Assembly (NCBI GenBank): GCA_043228905.1
Contig: JBHGNT010000006.1
Location: 2,356,001-2,420,000, forward strand
Direction of reading: 5' to 3'
DNA: 64,000 bases
From: Azolla caroliniana
Taxonomy: Eukaryota; Plantae; Polypodiophyta
A program made the position numbers and the translations under genes. The notes under the pieces were generated by a model. It was not told the DNA's origin and ran no database searches. It worked only from the letters and a program-made list of their open reading frames with translations. Of the stretch, positions 13,406 to 27,236 are shown one piece after another (positions within the stretch are counted from its first letter, which is position 1; every line of letters begins with the position of its first letter).

Positions 13406-16400
13406 CTCAATAAAGGCTTTAAACTATGCTGACAATAAGATCCTTCTTTTTTCCTCACAATTCCTTCCATACCTCAATGTGACCTTGAAGTACAATTGGT
13501 ATCAATATATTTTCCCACATCTCAACTAGATCCTTGTAAACAACATCACACGAATTTTCAAAGGGATATGTTGGACACTAGGAATGATGCATTTTACATT
13601 GTTATTTACCACAAAATAATTGTAGAGAGAAAGAAATTTTATTATTGTCCTTGGAGGTCAACGATGAGCTATGGAACCAAAGTGAAACCATTTCACATAG
13701 CGGGTGGAATTGGGAAGTGATTCTCAATGTTAAAGAATTTTACTAACAAATTGTAATTTAGAGAGCACATCATGGTTGAGTGAGGAATTTGGGTAGATAT
13801 ATTTTAGGTTTGATAATGTTTTGAAAGTGAGAGGCTTAGTTATATGGAATCAACGATGCAAACGGCAAATAATGATATGAGCTCTCATTGGTATGATTGC
13901 TAATGGGGTTTGCTCATTTTGAGAAGAAGAGTATTTCTTAGTTTGGTGCAAAATTTTATCCTTATTGTCAATTGAGCATCTTCATAGCCACACATGGAGC
14001 TAGTCACTCTCTACGTACAATTCATGCAATAATTTTATCACACGAAAACTATCATCCAATTGTTTAAATTGTCTATATCCCTATCTTTATGTAAGCATTC
14101 CAAATTCCAATTGTGCAACCGATCCAAGCATGGTTTCCCTTCTTGGCCATTCAAGCTTGATACGTTGACGCTGTCTTGCCTTCCCAAAGTGGTCAATTTC
14201 TTACGCCTTTAGTATATAGTGAAGAAGGAATCCATGCATACTACCAAAGCACAATACCATATTCATCCTTGCATTTGATTGCTTATATTGGTTTTCACAA
14301 TGCATAAGTGCATAAGATTTGAGTTTGTATAACTCTTGATTGATTCCCCTTCTCTCTGTGTTTGTCCAGAATTTGCCACATATGTGTGTTATGTTTTTGC
14401 AACATCTATTTTCATCCGGTACTTTTGGGCTTGTTGGCATTCCTTATCAACCCATTTCTTCTTTGATGAACATTTATTGATGCCATGGAAGACCTCTCGT
14501 TCATACCAAAACATATTCCTTTGTCCATGGCAAATGACTTCCTTGAAAGCTTCATATTTGTATTGTATTGTTGAATAATTTTGAAGCTTTGTCTTTTGTA
14601 CCATCTCCTCAACCACCTTAGCGTTATATGTACTCTCTAAACGTTTATCTACAAATATGGTTGTTTTGCATCATGGTCAAATTGTACATACTTGAGTCCT
14701 TCAAGATGAATCATCATAAACCCTCACATTCCAATTCCAATCAATGGACCAAGAAAAAATTTGTGTACCAATCTAAGACACCTTCCTAGAATACATTCAA
14801 CCAATCATATAATTCCCATTGTGTATTCTACATATGGAAACATCAACATCACTCCATAAAGTTACATAATTTGCGATGAGGCATTTTGGCCACAATTACA
14901 CATTTAAAAGTGGATTCCCAAAATTTTCATTTGATTGTGTTTAATCCCTAAAAGTTGGACCATACATGTGTATGTCCTCTCACATCCGACATATAGGTGG
15001 TGTGAAATATTGGCATGTGCCATGTTGCAAAGCTCTCTTACATGCATTCATGTCACAAAAGATAATAGTTGTTTTCCTGATTTGGCTTTGAAGTAAACAA
15101 GAGCAATCTTCTAGACTATCTAATCAAGCATAAAAGTCAACATCATGATCACAAATGTTGCATTCAAATACAAAGAAGGAATATCATCGGTGCCATTATT
15201 TTGACAATAGAAACATATTCTTTCAATGCCCTTAATCAAACATGGCGTCCCTCCTTCTAAACTTCATGGTTTGGATTTTTAATCCATATCGAAGTTTGTA
15301 CAACGCTCCTTGTACATCGCCTCCCTCCTTAACTTTGTGGTTTGGATTTTTACCCAAACCTAAAATTCATTTAGCTAGCAAGTGACACTCCCAAGTATAA
15401 TACATTATTCATTGGTCGTCCCCTGTATGCCAATCTCCACATTCCATGGGGAGTTGGTTGGTATAACTTTTGTGTGCCTACTTGTTCTCGAGGCCTTGCT
15501 CCTCAAGTATCTTTACATCTTTTAGTAGATCTTTAACCTTTCTTTTTATTCCTCATTTGCTCTTCTTGAAGAGCTTTTTATTCATCTAAGATTACAATCT
15601 TGGCACACAAACCATTGTGTAGCTTTGAGGTAAATCTTGTTATTGTTTAGATTGATCTAATTATTGCGTACAACATATATTTGTCTGGCATGAAGGTAAC
15701 ATGAGAGAGGGAGAGGAGCTTGGTGCCAAATTAGATTTCGATCCATATTTATTATTTAGGTTTCCCTTTGAACTATCCCACTATGTTTCTCATGATATTG
15801 ACAAGCATGCTTATGCATTACTTTTTCAATCTATCTTGGTGCACATGCTCTTTGTGGTTTTCACCTAATGGTGAGGTTTCACCCATCCACCTAATGTGTT
15901 ACTTAAAAGTGTTTGTGCGTGTGAGCGTGCACACACATAAACACACACATTTCTGTAGATGTGCTTTCACAAAACACCCACACAATTCATTCACATTATA
16001 TTAGTGTTTTTTGAATGAGATGTAAACATTTAGAATCTCCCTACCATGTGAAAAGGAAGCGCCCATTTTCTTTTCAATAGAACTGTTGTCAAAGATGGAC
16101 ACTATTTTGGATGTATTACCTATATTGAATAAAGTGAGGGTTATTGACTTTCATTTTTAATGTTTTGAGTACAAGCATCCAATCACCGCGTAAAATACTA
16201 TATTTATGTGTATCACCTTAATGCACTTGATCTAAAGGCTTGATTTGTTTCCTTGATCTTAAAGAAATTTAGTTTATGAGATCCACAATTAAGATATTAT
16301 GTTTATTCGAGGCAAAGAATGATTGTGTTTGAATTTCTCATAGAGTGGGGAGTTGTAGAAGCTCATCAACACTCTATTGAAGTTCATGTCTGCCACTTGG

Positions 16401-18771
16401 TGAATGTGGTATCAATTGAACATTGACCTTTGAGTCAAAAAGTTTAGAATGAAAATTTGATAAATGAACGACAAATTGATAACTAATGTAGTTAGAACCG
16501 AGACATTGGATGAATAGGCACAAGCTTGGGAAATTACAAGAAGTCTCTTCTTTCATCTTTATCATATTCTTTCAATAGTCTTGGAAGCCTAATATCCAAA
16601 TCACAATAATTGTGTGAATAGTAATGATATCGATAATGTGCTATGTCAAATAGCTTCAATGAGATCGAGACAAATTTCATATATGGGACAATATAGTAAG
16701 TTGAATGCAAAAGTGAGATTTCTCATTAGTGTAGCCTAATTGATTAATTACGATGTTGATGAACCGTTGATGAACCAAACGTATGGGGACACCTATCCAC
16801 CAAGGGGTTAAACGACCAATCCAACATCTTGTTGTTAGCATGCATCTAGTGCATGGACATTCACCTTTGCATTCCATTGCTTGCTAACACCAACATGTTG
16901 GGTACATAACAATGTACCAATGGGGGGCTAAGTTGCTACAAAAACTCAATCGATGTCCACAATCAAGATTGCAACACATGGTGATGATTGGGCAACATCA
17001 CGCCTTATGGGATCATCTAAGGCATATGACTAAATTCTAATGCTTCATTGTTTATATGATAATCCTTAAAACCCTTAGCTTTCACATAAGTATTTTTGCA
17101 CGACATTGCTTCATATCATGATATGTTATGGAGCAAATGTCACAACTCTTCCCAAAACTAGCTCATGTATTGTCAATATTTAATAAGTTAGCATTCACAT
17201 GTGATAAATCTTATGAAATTTATGATTTCAATGTGAAAATATGAGCTGACATGGGGTGATAAAAATGAAACTCTAGTTAAAATCCTTAACTTAAGTAACA
17301 TGTGGGATAGAGAATGGTTTCAAGAACCTCATTACAATGCAAAGATTTTGTAAGCAATAATAATCACTTATGTGCATGCTAATCCAAAACTTTGAATGCT
17401 TATAGAATAACGAAATGATTTGTTTATGACTACAGTCATACTATATATTTTGAATAACCCCAAAGTCTTTGATTGGGTGGGTGGTTGTTGTGTGTTATTG
17501 ACAATTGTAACGATTCCTTGGTAATTGACTCAAAAGTTCTTTTATTTCGTGAGAGTCCCTGCATTATTTAATCATTTGAATTGAAATTGGCAAAGGTCAA
17601 ACATAGGACAAGACCCTTATTATTTCCAACTTTAGTGTATAAAATAGATGTATGCTACATTTTAATAGTGTATAAACAATTTACCATTTAAGTGTGTTGT
17701 AGTACGTGCTTTCAATACTTTGCCCTACTTTACATATCTACTCAATGCTCGAGAAATATTCTTGTTAGACTGCCACACGTACTAAATCGATGATGATTCT
17801 TGTTAGCATTCCAAGGCTTTCAATTGGCAAGTAAGGAACCCAACTATTCTAGTAAAAAAAGGTCGCAACTTATGACAAGTCTTATTTCTTGGGTTGGACT
17901 GTTTCAAAGTTTTAGTTCGTCAAATACACCAATGTGAAAAGGTAGAGGGATGAAGCATTGTATTGAAAAATTGAAATATGGACTTTTATGAGAATGGTAG
18001 AATACGAAGTGGTTTCTATGAGATGATGAGGTGACCATATGAGGGGTTAGAAAGGGTAACCATTTTGACACCTAGGAATTTGGAAAATTTGGGGATTAGC
18101 TTTGGAAACACTCAATGGAAGGGTACAACCATGACAAAGAATGGACAATGCAAGGGGGTTCGTTCGAATAGTGAGCTTCTAAACACCTCAAAATTTGAAA
18201 ACTTGGGGTTGAACGTTTGGCAATGCTCACAATACGGTAACCTATAATATAAAATGACTAGTGCAATATGATGTTAAGATCACCGAAAGAGCATATGAGA
18301 TTCACCTCCCAATGACCGACTTTTCACAACATACCCAGTGACATTGGCAATATTCAATTGGTGGCATTCACACTGAGTTACTGGTTATATTAGCTATAGT
18401 GGTATTCACAACGAGTTGTGCCAACATGTTGTCGGTAGATAAGTAGTCTTAAGGCATTTGTCATGACATGCATTTTGATGATAATATTTTGATGAAATGA
18501 TGTCCCGACCACGAGAACCCCGATGAACAAGGTTGGAGAGTACCAATAGTCCAAACATGGTAGAGCTTGAACCCCCCTCTCATTTATTGCTATAACATTA
18601 GAGAGTACCAATAGTCCAACAAAGGGCATTTTAGAAACCATGGTCTTGATTTAGGTTTGAAAATGCCCAGCCATAACATTGACTACTCCGCCCCTCATTT
18701 CTTTCTATAAATTATCTTATCATTTCAAGTTTCAACCCACACAAGCTAAGTAGTTTATCACTATCATCAAT

Positions 18772-20451
18772 ATGTTTGCCAAAATCACTAATCATCCCTC
18801 TAATTACTCCCTAATCCTCCTCCTTATTTGTGCTCACTTATGCCCTACGCCTAACCATGCTCTGACTCCTCTCATTCTTCTCAATGATCATGATCCACAC
18901 AGCTCAGACTCTCTCATAGTGAATCAGGCTCGTCATCATAATGAGAACGTACTTGATGCAATTAACAGTGGCATTAAGATAGATCCTCGTGCACCCAACA
19001 AATTGTTAACATCTATTGATGAGAATTTCCATGGCATAATGAGAATCTCCATGAAGCACAGGGATACCCACCCTCTACACAAGAACCAAACCAAGCCACA
19101 ATCCTTGCATCGGGCGATCCGGAGGGACTCGGCACGAATTCGTGGGCGACACCTTTTTCGTATGGGCATGGAGTCTTTGGCGGGATCGGCATCAACCGAA
19201 ATGACGATGAAACCAAGGGCATCATTGGTGACAAAGACCACATCATTATTGACAACAACAACAACATCACGGTCGGCATCATCATCGGAGGTGACTACGA
19301 TCCAGAGTAGTGTGGAGTCAGGTGAGAGCCTTGGGTCGGGCGAGTATTTCATGGATGTGTATGTGGGCACCCCTCCTAGGCACTTCTCTCTCATCATTGA
19401 CACCGGAAGTGACCTCATTTGGACCCAATGTGACCCTTGTAAGAGCTGTTACTCACAACAAGGTCCAATCTTTAGTCCCAACACTTCATCCTCCTACAAG
19501 CTCTTGACTTGCTCCCATCCAAAGTGTAAGCTTGTCAATCACAAGGATGATAACTACAATGAAAATATAACTTGCAAGCATAATAGGTCTACTGATGCAT
19601 GCAAGTATATATATACCTATGGAGATAAGTCCAATTCGACCGGGGATCTAGCCCTCGAAACCGTTACCCTTAGCCTTACTAATGGGGAACCGGTTAGTTT
19701 GGATGACATTGTCTTTGGGTGTGGACACTCTAATGAAGGTTTGTTTCTAGGGGCAGGAGGCCTACTAGGACTTGGTAAAGGCCCCCTTTCTTTCCCTTCG
19801 CAAATGCGTAAACAACTTGGCCATCACAAATTCTCTTATTGTTTGGTTGATCGGAACAACAATCTTAGCATCAATAGCACCTTGACCTTCGGAGATGACA
19901 TTTCCCTTGCTTACCACCCTCATGTCCAATATACCAAGTTCCTCACAAATACATCCATGGACACATTCTACTATTTGGGTATAAAGAATGTGTTAGTAGG
20001 TGGAGAGGATGTGGAGGTTCCGTTAGAGACTTGGGTCCTTGAGAACTCCCAAGGAAAGTATGGCACTATAATTGACTCTGGAACAACATTAACCTACTTT
20101 GTGAAAGATGCTTTTGAGAGGATCGTCCTTGCCTTTGATTCTCAAATCTTGTACCCTAAGGTAGAATCTCCTATTCTCAACTATTGTTATAATGTGAGTG
20201 GCCATACCATTGTTGAACTGCCTGCCTTCTCGATTGTCTTTGTTGACGGGGCTATTTTCACTCCCCCGTTAGAAAATTACTTCATTGAGATAGACTCAAA
20301 TCCAATGCCTATTCTTTGCCTTGCAATGCTTGAAGCCCCCTCTTCAAGTCCTTCTATCTTGGGAAACTATCTCCAACAAAACACCCATTTTCTCTATGAT
20401 CTTGACAATGACAAACTAGGATTCGTGCCTATGAAATGTGATTCTGTTTGA
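18772..20451 (+). CDS. Secreted pepsin-like aspartic protease, A1B (nepenthesin/CDR1-like), single exon
   Basis: N-terminal hydrophobic signal, GSGEYFMDVYVGTPP, catalytic DTGSD and DSGTT motifs, Cys-rich QCDPC..C insert, FGCG, FSYCL and ILGNYLQQN. Confidence 0.95.
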   Translation: MFAKITNHPSNYSLILLLICAHLCPTPNHALTPLILLNDHDPHSSDSLIVNQARHHNENVLDAINSGIKIDPRAPNKLLTSIDENFHGIMRISMKHRDTHPLHKNQTKPQSLHRAIRRDSARIRGRHLFRMGMESLAGSASTEMTMKPRASLVTKTTSLLTTTTTSRSASSSEVTTIQSSVESGESLGSGEYFMDVYVGTPPRHFSLIIDTGSDLIWTQCDPCKSCYSQQGPIFSPNTSSSYKLLTCSHPKCKLVNHKDDNYNENITCKHNRSTDACKYIYTYGDKSNSTGDLALETVTLSLTNGEPVSLDDIVFGCGHSNEGLFLGAGGLLGLGKGPLSFPSQMRKQLGHHKFSYCLVDRNNNLSINSTLTFGDDISLAYHPHVQYTKFLTNTSMDTFYYLGIKNVLVGGEDVEVPLETWVLENSQGKYGTIIDSGTTLTYFVKDAFERIVLAFDSQILYPKVESPILNYCYNVSGHTIVELPAFSIVFVDGAIFTPPLENYFIEIDSNPMPILCLAMLEAPSSSPSILGNYLQQNTHFLYDLDNDKLGFVPMKCDSV

Positions 20452-22082
20452 AAACTAGTGATGATCCATGGAAACAATTTCCCTCAAATATATATAAATC
20501 CCTTTTTATTGCTTCTCAATTTTGAATATAAATGAAGGCCACATTGGCCATTTCAATTGTTGCAAAACTACGGAGGCTTCTTACACATCTAGCCTTTTAA
20601 AGAAATCCATAGCCCTTCAACCTTGACTTTGAAAATGAGAGGAAAATTAAGCGAATGTAAACTAATTGTACAAATGAAGGGTTAAAAACTTGTAAAATGA
20701 GGGTGTTACCTCACAACTTATTTATATTGGTCTTATCATTGTTATCCACCTCTATACTTTTCCTAAGCTAGGGTTATATCTATCATCTACATTACGTGTA
20801 GAAAAATATTTGGTGATAAACGTCTGAGCATCTTGCAAGCAAATGATGAGAGTTGACTAAACCCCAACAAAAACAAAAAGCAAAACCCCAAAACAAATCA
20901 AACACAAAAAAGCAAAAGGCCAAGTCCAACCAAAAAAGCATAAAAAGGAAGAAAAGGCTAGATCTTCCCACATATTTCACTTGAATGTAACCTTAAGTTT
21001 TTTTGTTTTAATACGTTGTATACAACACGCTCCTTTGTCTCACCCCTCGTAAATAAAGAGAGAGCTAAAGGATGGTTTGAAAACATTCCCACTGCATAAA
21101 CAAATTGCTCAAATTAGTGCATATAATCGCGTGAGGGTAATAGGGCGGGGGGTCGACCAAAGGGCATTTGGAGAAATAAAGAAATTGGTAGGGTGAGTTG
21201 CACTTATTATCAAGATTCCCGTGCAGAATGTGTTGTTGATATAGTGTGCAAACCATGGAGAACTACACATGTATGTACCTATAGGGCCACCGATAGCAAT
21301 TTGGGAGAAATCGGAACAAAATGCTAGCGGCAGACATGTTCCATGATTTTTCTCATAGAACATTGTCATGAGTACAATATGAATGCTTGGCTTACATTGC
21401 GTGTTTTGTACTTACTTTTCTTTTTGATGTGTGGCACCTACTTATAGCAATCGAATATGTACATGGGTATGAGCTTGTCAGGTGATGCACATGTATGAAG
21501 ACTCGATAGGTATGCTTGTGTAAGGTAGTCGCTACGGTAGTTGCATGCATCATAGACATGTTTGCTTCATCATAGACAAGAATCTTACGGAATTTATTCT
21601 TCCATACTTCATTTTAACAAATTTGTGAGAGGCAGTGTATGCATTGCGTACCCCAGTTTAAGGTTGTGGTGTGATTGGGAAGGGGATCGTCATGCACTTG
21701 AATAAACCGTTGATTCTTCATGGTTCTAGAGATCGGGCGAATCATAACATGGGTACAACAAATGGGCTTAGAAATTTGAAGAAGCTAATAGATGCCTTGA
21801 TCGTAGTGTGCATTATTATCGTTCATCAATATGAATCACACAAACTTGTCTCGCCCCTATCTAGAGTGTATGCCTTGTGTGGGCGACCCATAAACCAGAC
21901 CCCATGCCATTCATTCATTCTAAGAGAAACAACAAGAATTTTATGGGCATTTGGGGGAGGGGTCGTTCCTCATAGAGAGATTTTATTTGTTTCCTCTGTT
22001 TTCATGCATCTGAATTGCATATCAGAACAGGGGAAAAAATTCCCCTGTTCATTTTGTATATATTGTTGGCAAAATTTTGTAG

Positions 22083-22705
22083 ATGAATGATATAGAGAAG
22101 CTAGAGACAGTGAAAAGATCATTTAGTAAAAGAACACAGGCACAGACGGAGTGGAGTGTGATCAAGCTTCTCAGCTCTCTTCTACAGGATGGTATCAACA
22201 CCAGAAACATTGATGTGGGCAGAGAAACACATTGCCTCATACTTCAACACGACGATATTGATGATGGTGAGTGATGGCTCACTAGAAAGAAACACTATAG
22301 TAGGGAGCTACCTTATACGCCTCTTCTAGCTCTTGGCTCCTTCTTCCATAACTGGTGGTAGTTATTGTGGTTATAATCTTCTAGAAGCAAGCATAGTCTT
22401 TGCAAAACTACAGTCTCCCAATGTGTTTGCATGGAGTGGTATCGTCTCGGCACTGTGTGAAAATGGAGAACCCAAGCAAGCAATCCATCTCTATGAGGAG
22501 ATGCATTGAGAACGCGAGAATAACCCGAATCACAAGGTTCGGCCTCATGGGCATGTATATGTTGCTCTTCTCCTCAAAGCTTGCTTGAGCCTTGAAGATT
22601 TGCACAATCGCAAACGATTTCATCACGATATCGTTGGATCCTCTCAAGAATCCGATATCTTCATTTGTAATACTCTCATTAGCATGTATGGGCGATGATG
22701 TGGAG
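22083..22705 (+). pseudogene. PLS-class pentatricopeptide-repeat (PPR) gene fragment, disrupted
   Basis: From 22378 the frame reads LLEASIVFAKLQSPNVFAWSGIVSALCENGEPKQAIHLYEEMH*...YVALLLKAC....DIFICNTLISMYGR*CG, which are recognisable P/L/S motifs with in-frame stops. Confidence 0.8.
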
Positions 22706-25269
22706 CTTCAAAAGTGAAACACTTCAAAAGCCTGCATACCATGTGGGTCAATGTTAAAATGATGGTAATCTTGCAAGTTCGATATAAGGAATGATGTTAT
22801 TTCTATGCAGAACACGTATTGTCATGTGTACAATTAGTCAACACAAGTGAGACACATATTTACTTGCGATTAACTTTATTTTTTATTGAGTTTAAGAGAT
22901 TGATTACATTTCTTTGAGTATGATCATACATTTAAGAAGAGCTATTTTGAATTCCTTCAAACTTATGTTAAGAATTTGTATACACCAGAGTAAAGAACAA
23001 TGTGAAATTTTTATTATGCACAAGGTCTAAATCACAAACAACTTCCCTTATTGAATACTTTTCATTTGCCAAACTCCTATAATCATGTCATCATATGGGA
23101 TTGTTGAGAAATCTATTGTAAACTAGGTTTGCATTGCAAACAATGTCCCTCATTAAATTCCTCCCGTTTGCTACAATTGTTTGATCATGCCATTGCATGA
23201 GACTTGAATAATTTATTGTACACAAGGTCTTCCATAATATATAAACCAATCTATTTAAAAACACATCATCTATGTTATTCCTTTACAAAGTGGGCTTGAA
23301 TTGTCCAAATAGTAGGTTGACAAATATTGTGCCACTAGCATACAATGTTGTTTTCAAATGTAGAAATTCATATCCAATTTGCTTTCCTTCAGTCATTTCA
23401 GGGGTAAGGCTGTAATATTTGGAAAGCAAATTTGTTCAAAGCAAGCTGATTATAACCAACTAATGCTTTGACTTTTAAGGACAGAATGTTCCTACTTTTC
23501 AAGCTTTTGATTGCCTAACATTCAATCATGTGACAAGTGATTCACATTCCATGTACCCAATAACATTGCAACATGTTCATTGAGATATTCTTGATCATAA
23601 AATGTAGTATATTGAAATGATATGTCACATTATGGAAGTTCTTGGTGGTTTGTTGATATAATCATGATTACTGCTTCACATTTCCTTAGGATCACTTTAC
23701 TTCGCTTCTTTGTCCCCTGTGTTTTGGATAGGTGTTGTGTGTGAAGGCTAATGAATAGAATGAGCCAAAGAAAATTGGTCATTTCATTGTGCATTTATTT
23801 AATTTTACTTTTCCATTTCTATTGGTTGACTAAGCTTCATAGTATGTGAACTTTGTCATCCTCACTTGATTACATCCAAAATTGACTATTAAGGAGGATT
23901 AAAGTATTGCTCCCCCTTACTTTTGTACTTTTCCATTTCTATTAGTTGACCATGCTTCATAGTATGTGGCCTCGGTCTCATGTAAGGAGTGACAAGATGG
24001 GAAATCATCAACAAAATTAAGCTTCCATCAGTCTACATGGTTAATTAGGCTAAATATGCTTCATTTTTTAGTTAAGAAAGTGATTAGGGTGACAAAGAAT
24101 GGTTTAAGCTCTAGCTCTAGGATTATAATGATGAAGAACCCTTACAAAAGGTTTATAGTTTCACCTTTATATTTATTCCTTAACCTTATTACAATTATGT
24201 TCCTTTTGCACTTGGAGGGTATAAAGCTTTATTCATATTACCTTTATTCCCAGTTATAATGTTTAGCTCATTCCTAAATCTCTAAGGGACATTATAACTC
24301 ATTCCTAAATCTCTAAGGGGCTCCAACATCTTCGTGGCATAGGAGGTGAGAAGTCTAGTGGATACTAGATAGGTTGATTCATTCCCTCTTTCTTATTTGT
24401 GCTATTTGTGTAATGACGCACTTTATTCATCCCCTTATAATTCTCTTTGTTAGGGTTCACTAGGGGCATTTGGGGAGATAACAAGATTTTAGGGACATTT
24501 AGGGATGGATAAGGGAATTTTCTCCAATATCAATACCCAAACCATATTCTATCATTTCAAAAAATCTTACTTTTACAAAATTCATCAATGATATTAAAAG
24601 AGAGATGAAATTAGACAAATTTGCGGATATTAATTGTGGGTTAATTTATAGTTACCTGATAATTAATTATGTTGATAGCAATTACACTATGACCCAATTA
24701 CATAAGAGAACAGATATAGGTTCAAATGTGATAAGCATTGTAATTGATGATTATGAGAGTGCAATAGTATGATTGACTATGCATTTATATACATCAAGTG
24801 TTAATGCAATTTGGGTGAGTACAGAAAGGGGCTTGGAAATAGGCTTGACATGTTTTGCTATTATATTTCAAATCTTAGTGGTTTAATATGCAACATGGAT
24901 AAGTTTGCTACTACATTTCAAATATAAGCTTACCAACTATAAAAGTTAGTTGTGTTATATAATATATAAATTGACTTTGAAGATCAATATGGGTAATGGA
25001 TGTTTATGGATAGGTCATGAAGACACACAAATTTTAAGTGCTTATTGATATAGGCCAAAAGTTTGCTTTCATAGAAAAAAAATTTGCCTCATGAATTAGG
25101 AAGCCTTGCCAACAATAACTTGCTTGCAAAAGGAATTCCTTCAGATGTTGAGAGAACAATTGAAATTGTGCTCCTTTAATTTTTTTGAAATGATGATGGG
25201 TGGTCGGTCACCCAAGGGTTTCTGGGTTCTTGAACAAAAGATTGTCATTTATTTTCTCTCATAATTTTT

Positions 25270-26200
25270 GTTAATAAAATCATTGAGGATATGCTTTGAG
25301 CACACGTAGCTAAGAAACCTACTAAATGGGAACAATATATTTCCTATTTTGGAGTTTGCTTTAGAATGGCTCTAAAAATACAATAACTAGATATAGTCAT
25401 TTTACGTTGATGGATAGTTTTTAGCCACATGCTCGATCGATGTCAACATTCAACGTGATGAGCTACAACAAAGTACACAAAATTTTCTAAGGGATATGAA
25501 CGACATGTTGCATATAGCTCGGGATAATATAAAAACAGATAGAGCTCGCTTTTATGCTGACCAACATTGACAACCCTATGATTTCCCCTCAAGACAAAAA
25601 GTGCTTTTACATGTGCCTGATGATTCTATAATGTTGTCTATGGGTAAGTGTGTTAATTGGGCCCACACTTCAGTCGACCTTTCACAGTCATGTAGCATAT
25701 AAGTTCATCTGCCTATCCCATGACCTTTCAGTTGGCATCAAAGTCCATCCTATCTTTCATGTCACCCATCTCAAAGAGCTCTTAAGTTCTGATGGTAATT
25801 CATTTTTCATTAAATCTCTGGTTACTCTTGAGGATTTGCCATCCAAACTTCATAAGCCAAAAGGAATTCTCAATTAAAAAATTAAACATGCACGTTCTAA
25901 GCATATTCGAGTGTTTAAAATCAAATGCATGGATGGTTTGATTGAGGATGCTACTTGGGAGCAAGAAGATGCTCTTAAAGCAAACTTCCCTGACTTCTCA
26001 TTGCAAGATTGCAATATTTTAGAGAGGGGGAGTATATTGTGATCATAATCATAATTGTAGTTGTGGGCTAATTTGTAAGGATGATCGGGAAGGATTGAGT
26101 TACCTTAATCTTACAGTGGGAGACAACTTTAGAGTGTTTCATCAATTGGCTACTTTTTATAAAAAAACAACTAACTATGAAACATACAAGGGCCTAGGGT
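25270..26200 (+). mobile_element. Degenerate chromoviral Ty3/Gypsy 3' remnant (integrase C-terminus, chromodomain, PPT, start of 3' LTR)
   Basis: IEDML*AHV..KP.KWE, VHPIFHVTHLK, and chromodomain-like VFKIKCMDGLIEDATWEQEDAL..NFP. Polypurine tract agagagggggag at 26021-26032 is followed by TG at 26038. The right boundary is approximate. Confidence 0.8.
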
Positions 26201-26342
26201 TTGAGCATGTATAAGAAGGCTAGCGATTACCTTCATAAAAGGAGATATCTTTTCTTTATTTTTTTGAGATAGAGACTATGACTATGTGGCGAAGCTCTAG
26301 CTTCATACACGTGTGCCTCCTTCACCTTCAAACCCAAGGTAC

Positions 26343-26505
26343 GATCTGTTACGAGCATTACCATACTTTATCCTCGTGTATAGAATACTACGGTACAACT
26401 TACCACAATATAAATTACGGGCATGACCATAATTTATCCCGTGACAAGTTGTATCGTAGTATTCTATACACGAGGATAAATTATGGTCATGCATGTAACA
26501 TGATC
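26343..26505. repeat. ~163-bp imperfect palindrome (fold-back) with essentially no loop
   Basis: gatctgttacgagcattaccatactttatcctcgtgtatagaatactacggtacaactt... pairs with ...aagttgtatcgtagtattctatacacgaggataaattatggtcatgcatgtaacatgatc around a central CATG. Confidence 0.88.
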
Positions 26506-27084
26506 CATATTCGTACACGGTAATATGGGAGACCGGTAAGGGACTTGGATATGTTTCTCACCTTCACTAGGAGGGGATTGACACCCTCCCTTCCTTATTT
26601 TCCTTGTTAATTTTGCTTAACGTTAATTAAGATTCTAACAATTTTGGAGTGAATCACTTGCAAATTGCCAAAAACTATAGGAACTAAGGCATAGTTAGTA
26701 ATTGGATAAAAAAGAAGGGAAGTTGATAAGTAGCCCAAAATTTGCAACAATTAAGGAGGTAGTTACTTTAGTCTTTGCCCAAGGTGAAATTAGGAGAAAC
26801 TATTCATTTAATTGCCCAATTGGTTAGTCTGGCAAAAATTCTTGATTAGGCAAGAGAAAACGAAGTGATAGGTAATGGGCAAGCTTCGTGATCATGAGAT
26901 GACTAGTGCTAATGACCACGCAGTTAGTAGCTATAGGAAAAGGTGTCCATGGATTGTGCGGCCGATAGCTAGCAAGTGGCTGGTTAGAGGAGAGTGGTTG
27001 CGAATGGTAGCCATAGCCATTCTTGACTAATCCGTACCATATCAAATTTGCGTGTGGACGCGAAGGTCAATGTGTGGGGTGTAT

Positions 27085-27236
27085 GTAGTTTGGGCCTGAA
27101 AACCTAGGGGTATTGTATGTAATTTTGGATTTCTAAAATTACACGATTACCCCTGCCATGTATTTCTATAATGACTCTGTCTCTCCTACAGAGAAGGAGA
27201 TCCAACACTCGAAGGTTCGTCTCTGTCGAGGTATGC
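27085..27236 (+). promoter_or_regulatory. Probable promoter and non-coding first exon of the SNRNP40-like gene
   Basis: A TGGGCC site-II motif lies next to a telo-box-like aaaacctaggg (~27091-27108), a pairing typical of plant housekeeping promoters. A donor-like GAG|gtatgc at 27231 is followed by (CTCTGT)n and pyrimidine-rich sequence. Confidence 0.5.

Noticed and set aside
14000-15700. Possible decayed transposase region (several short ORFs)
   Set aside because: No diagnostic motif could be recognised in any frame.
18936-19507. Antisense and alternate-frame ORFs over the aspartic protease (likewise over NPH3, WD40 and PP2C)
   Set aside because: Shadows of real coding sequence with no independent signal.
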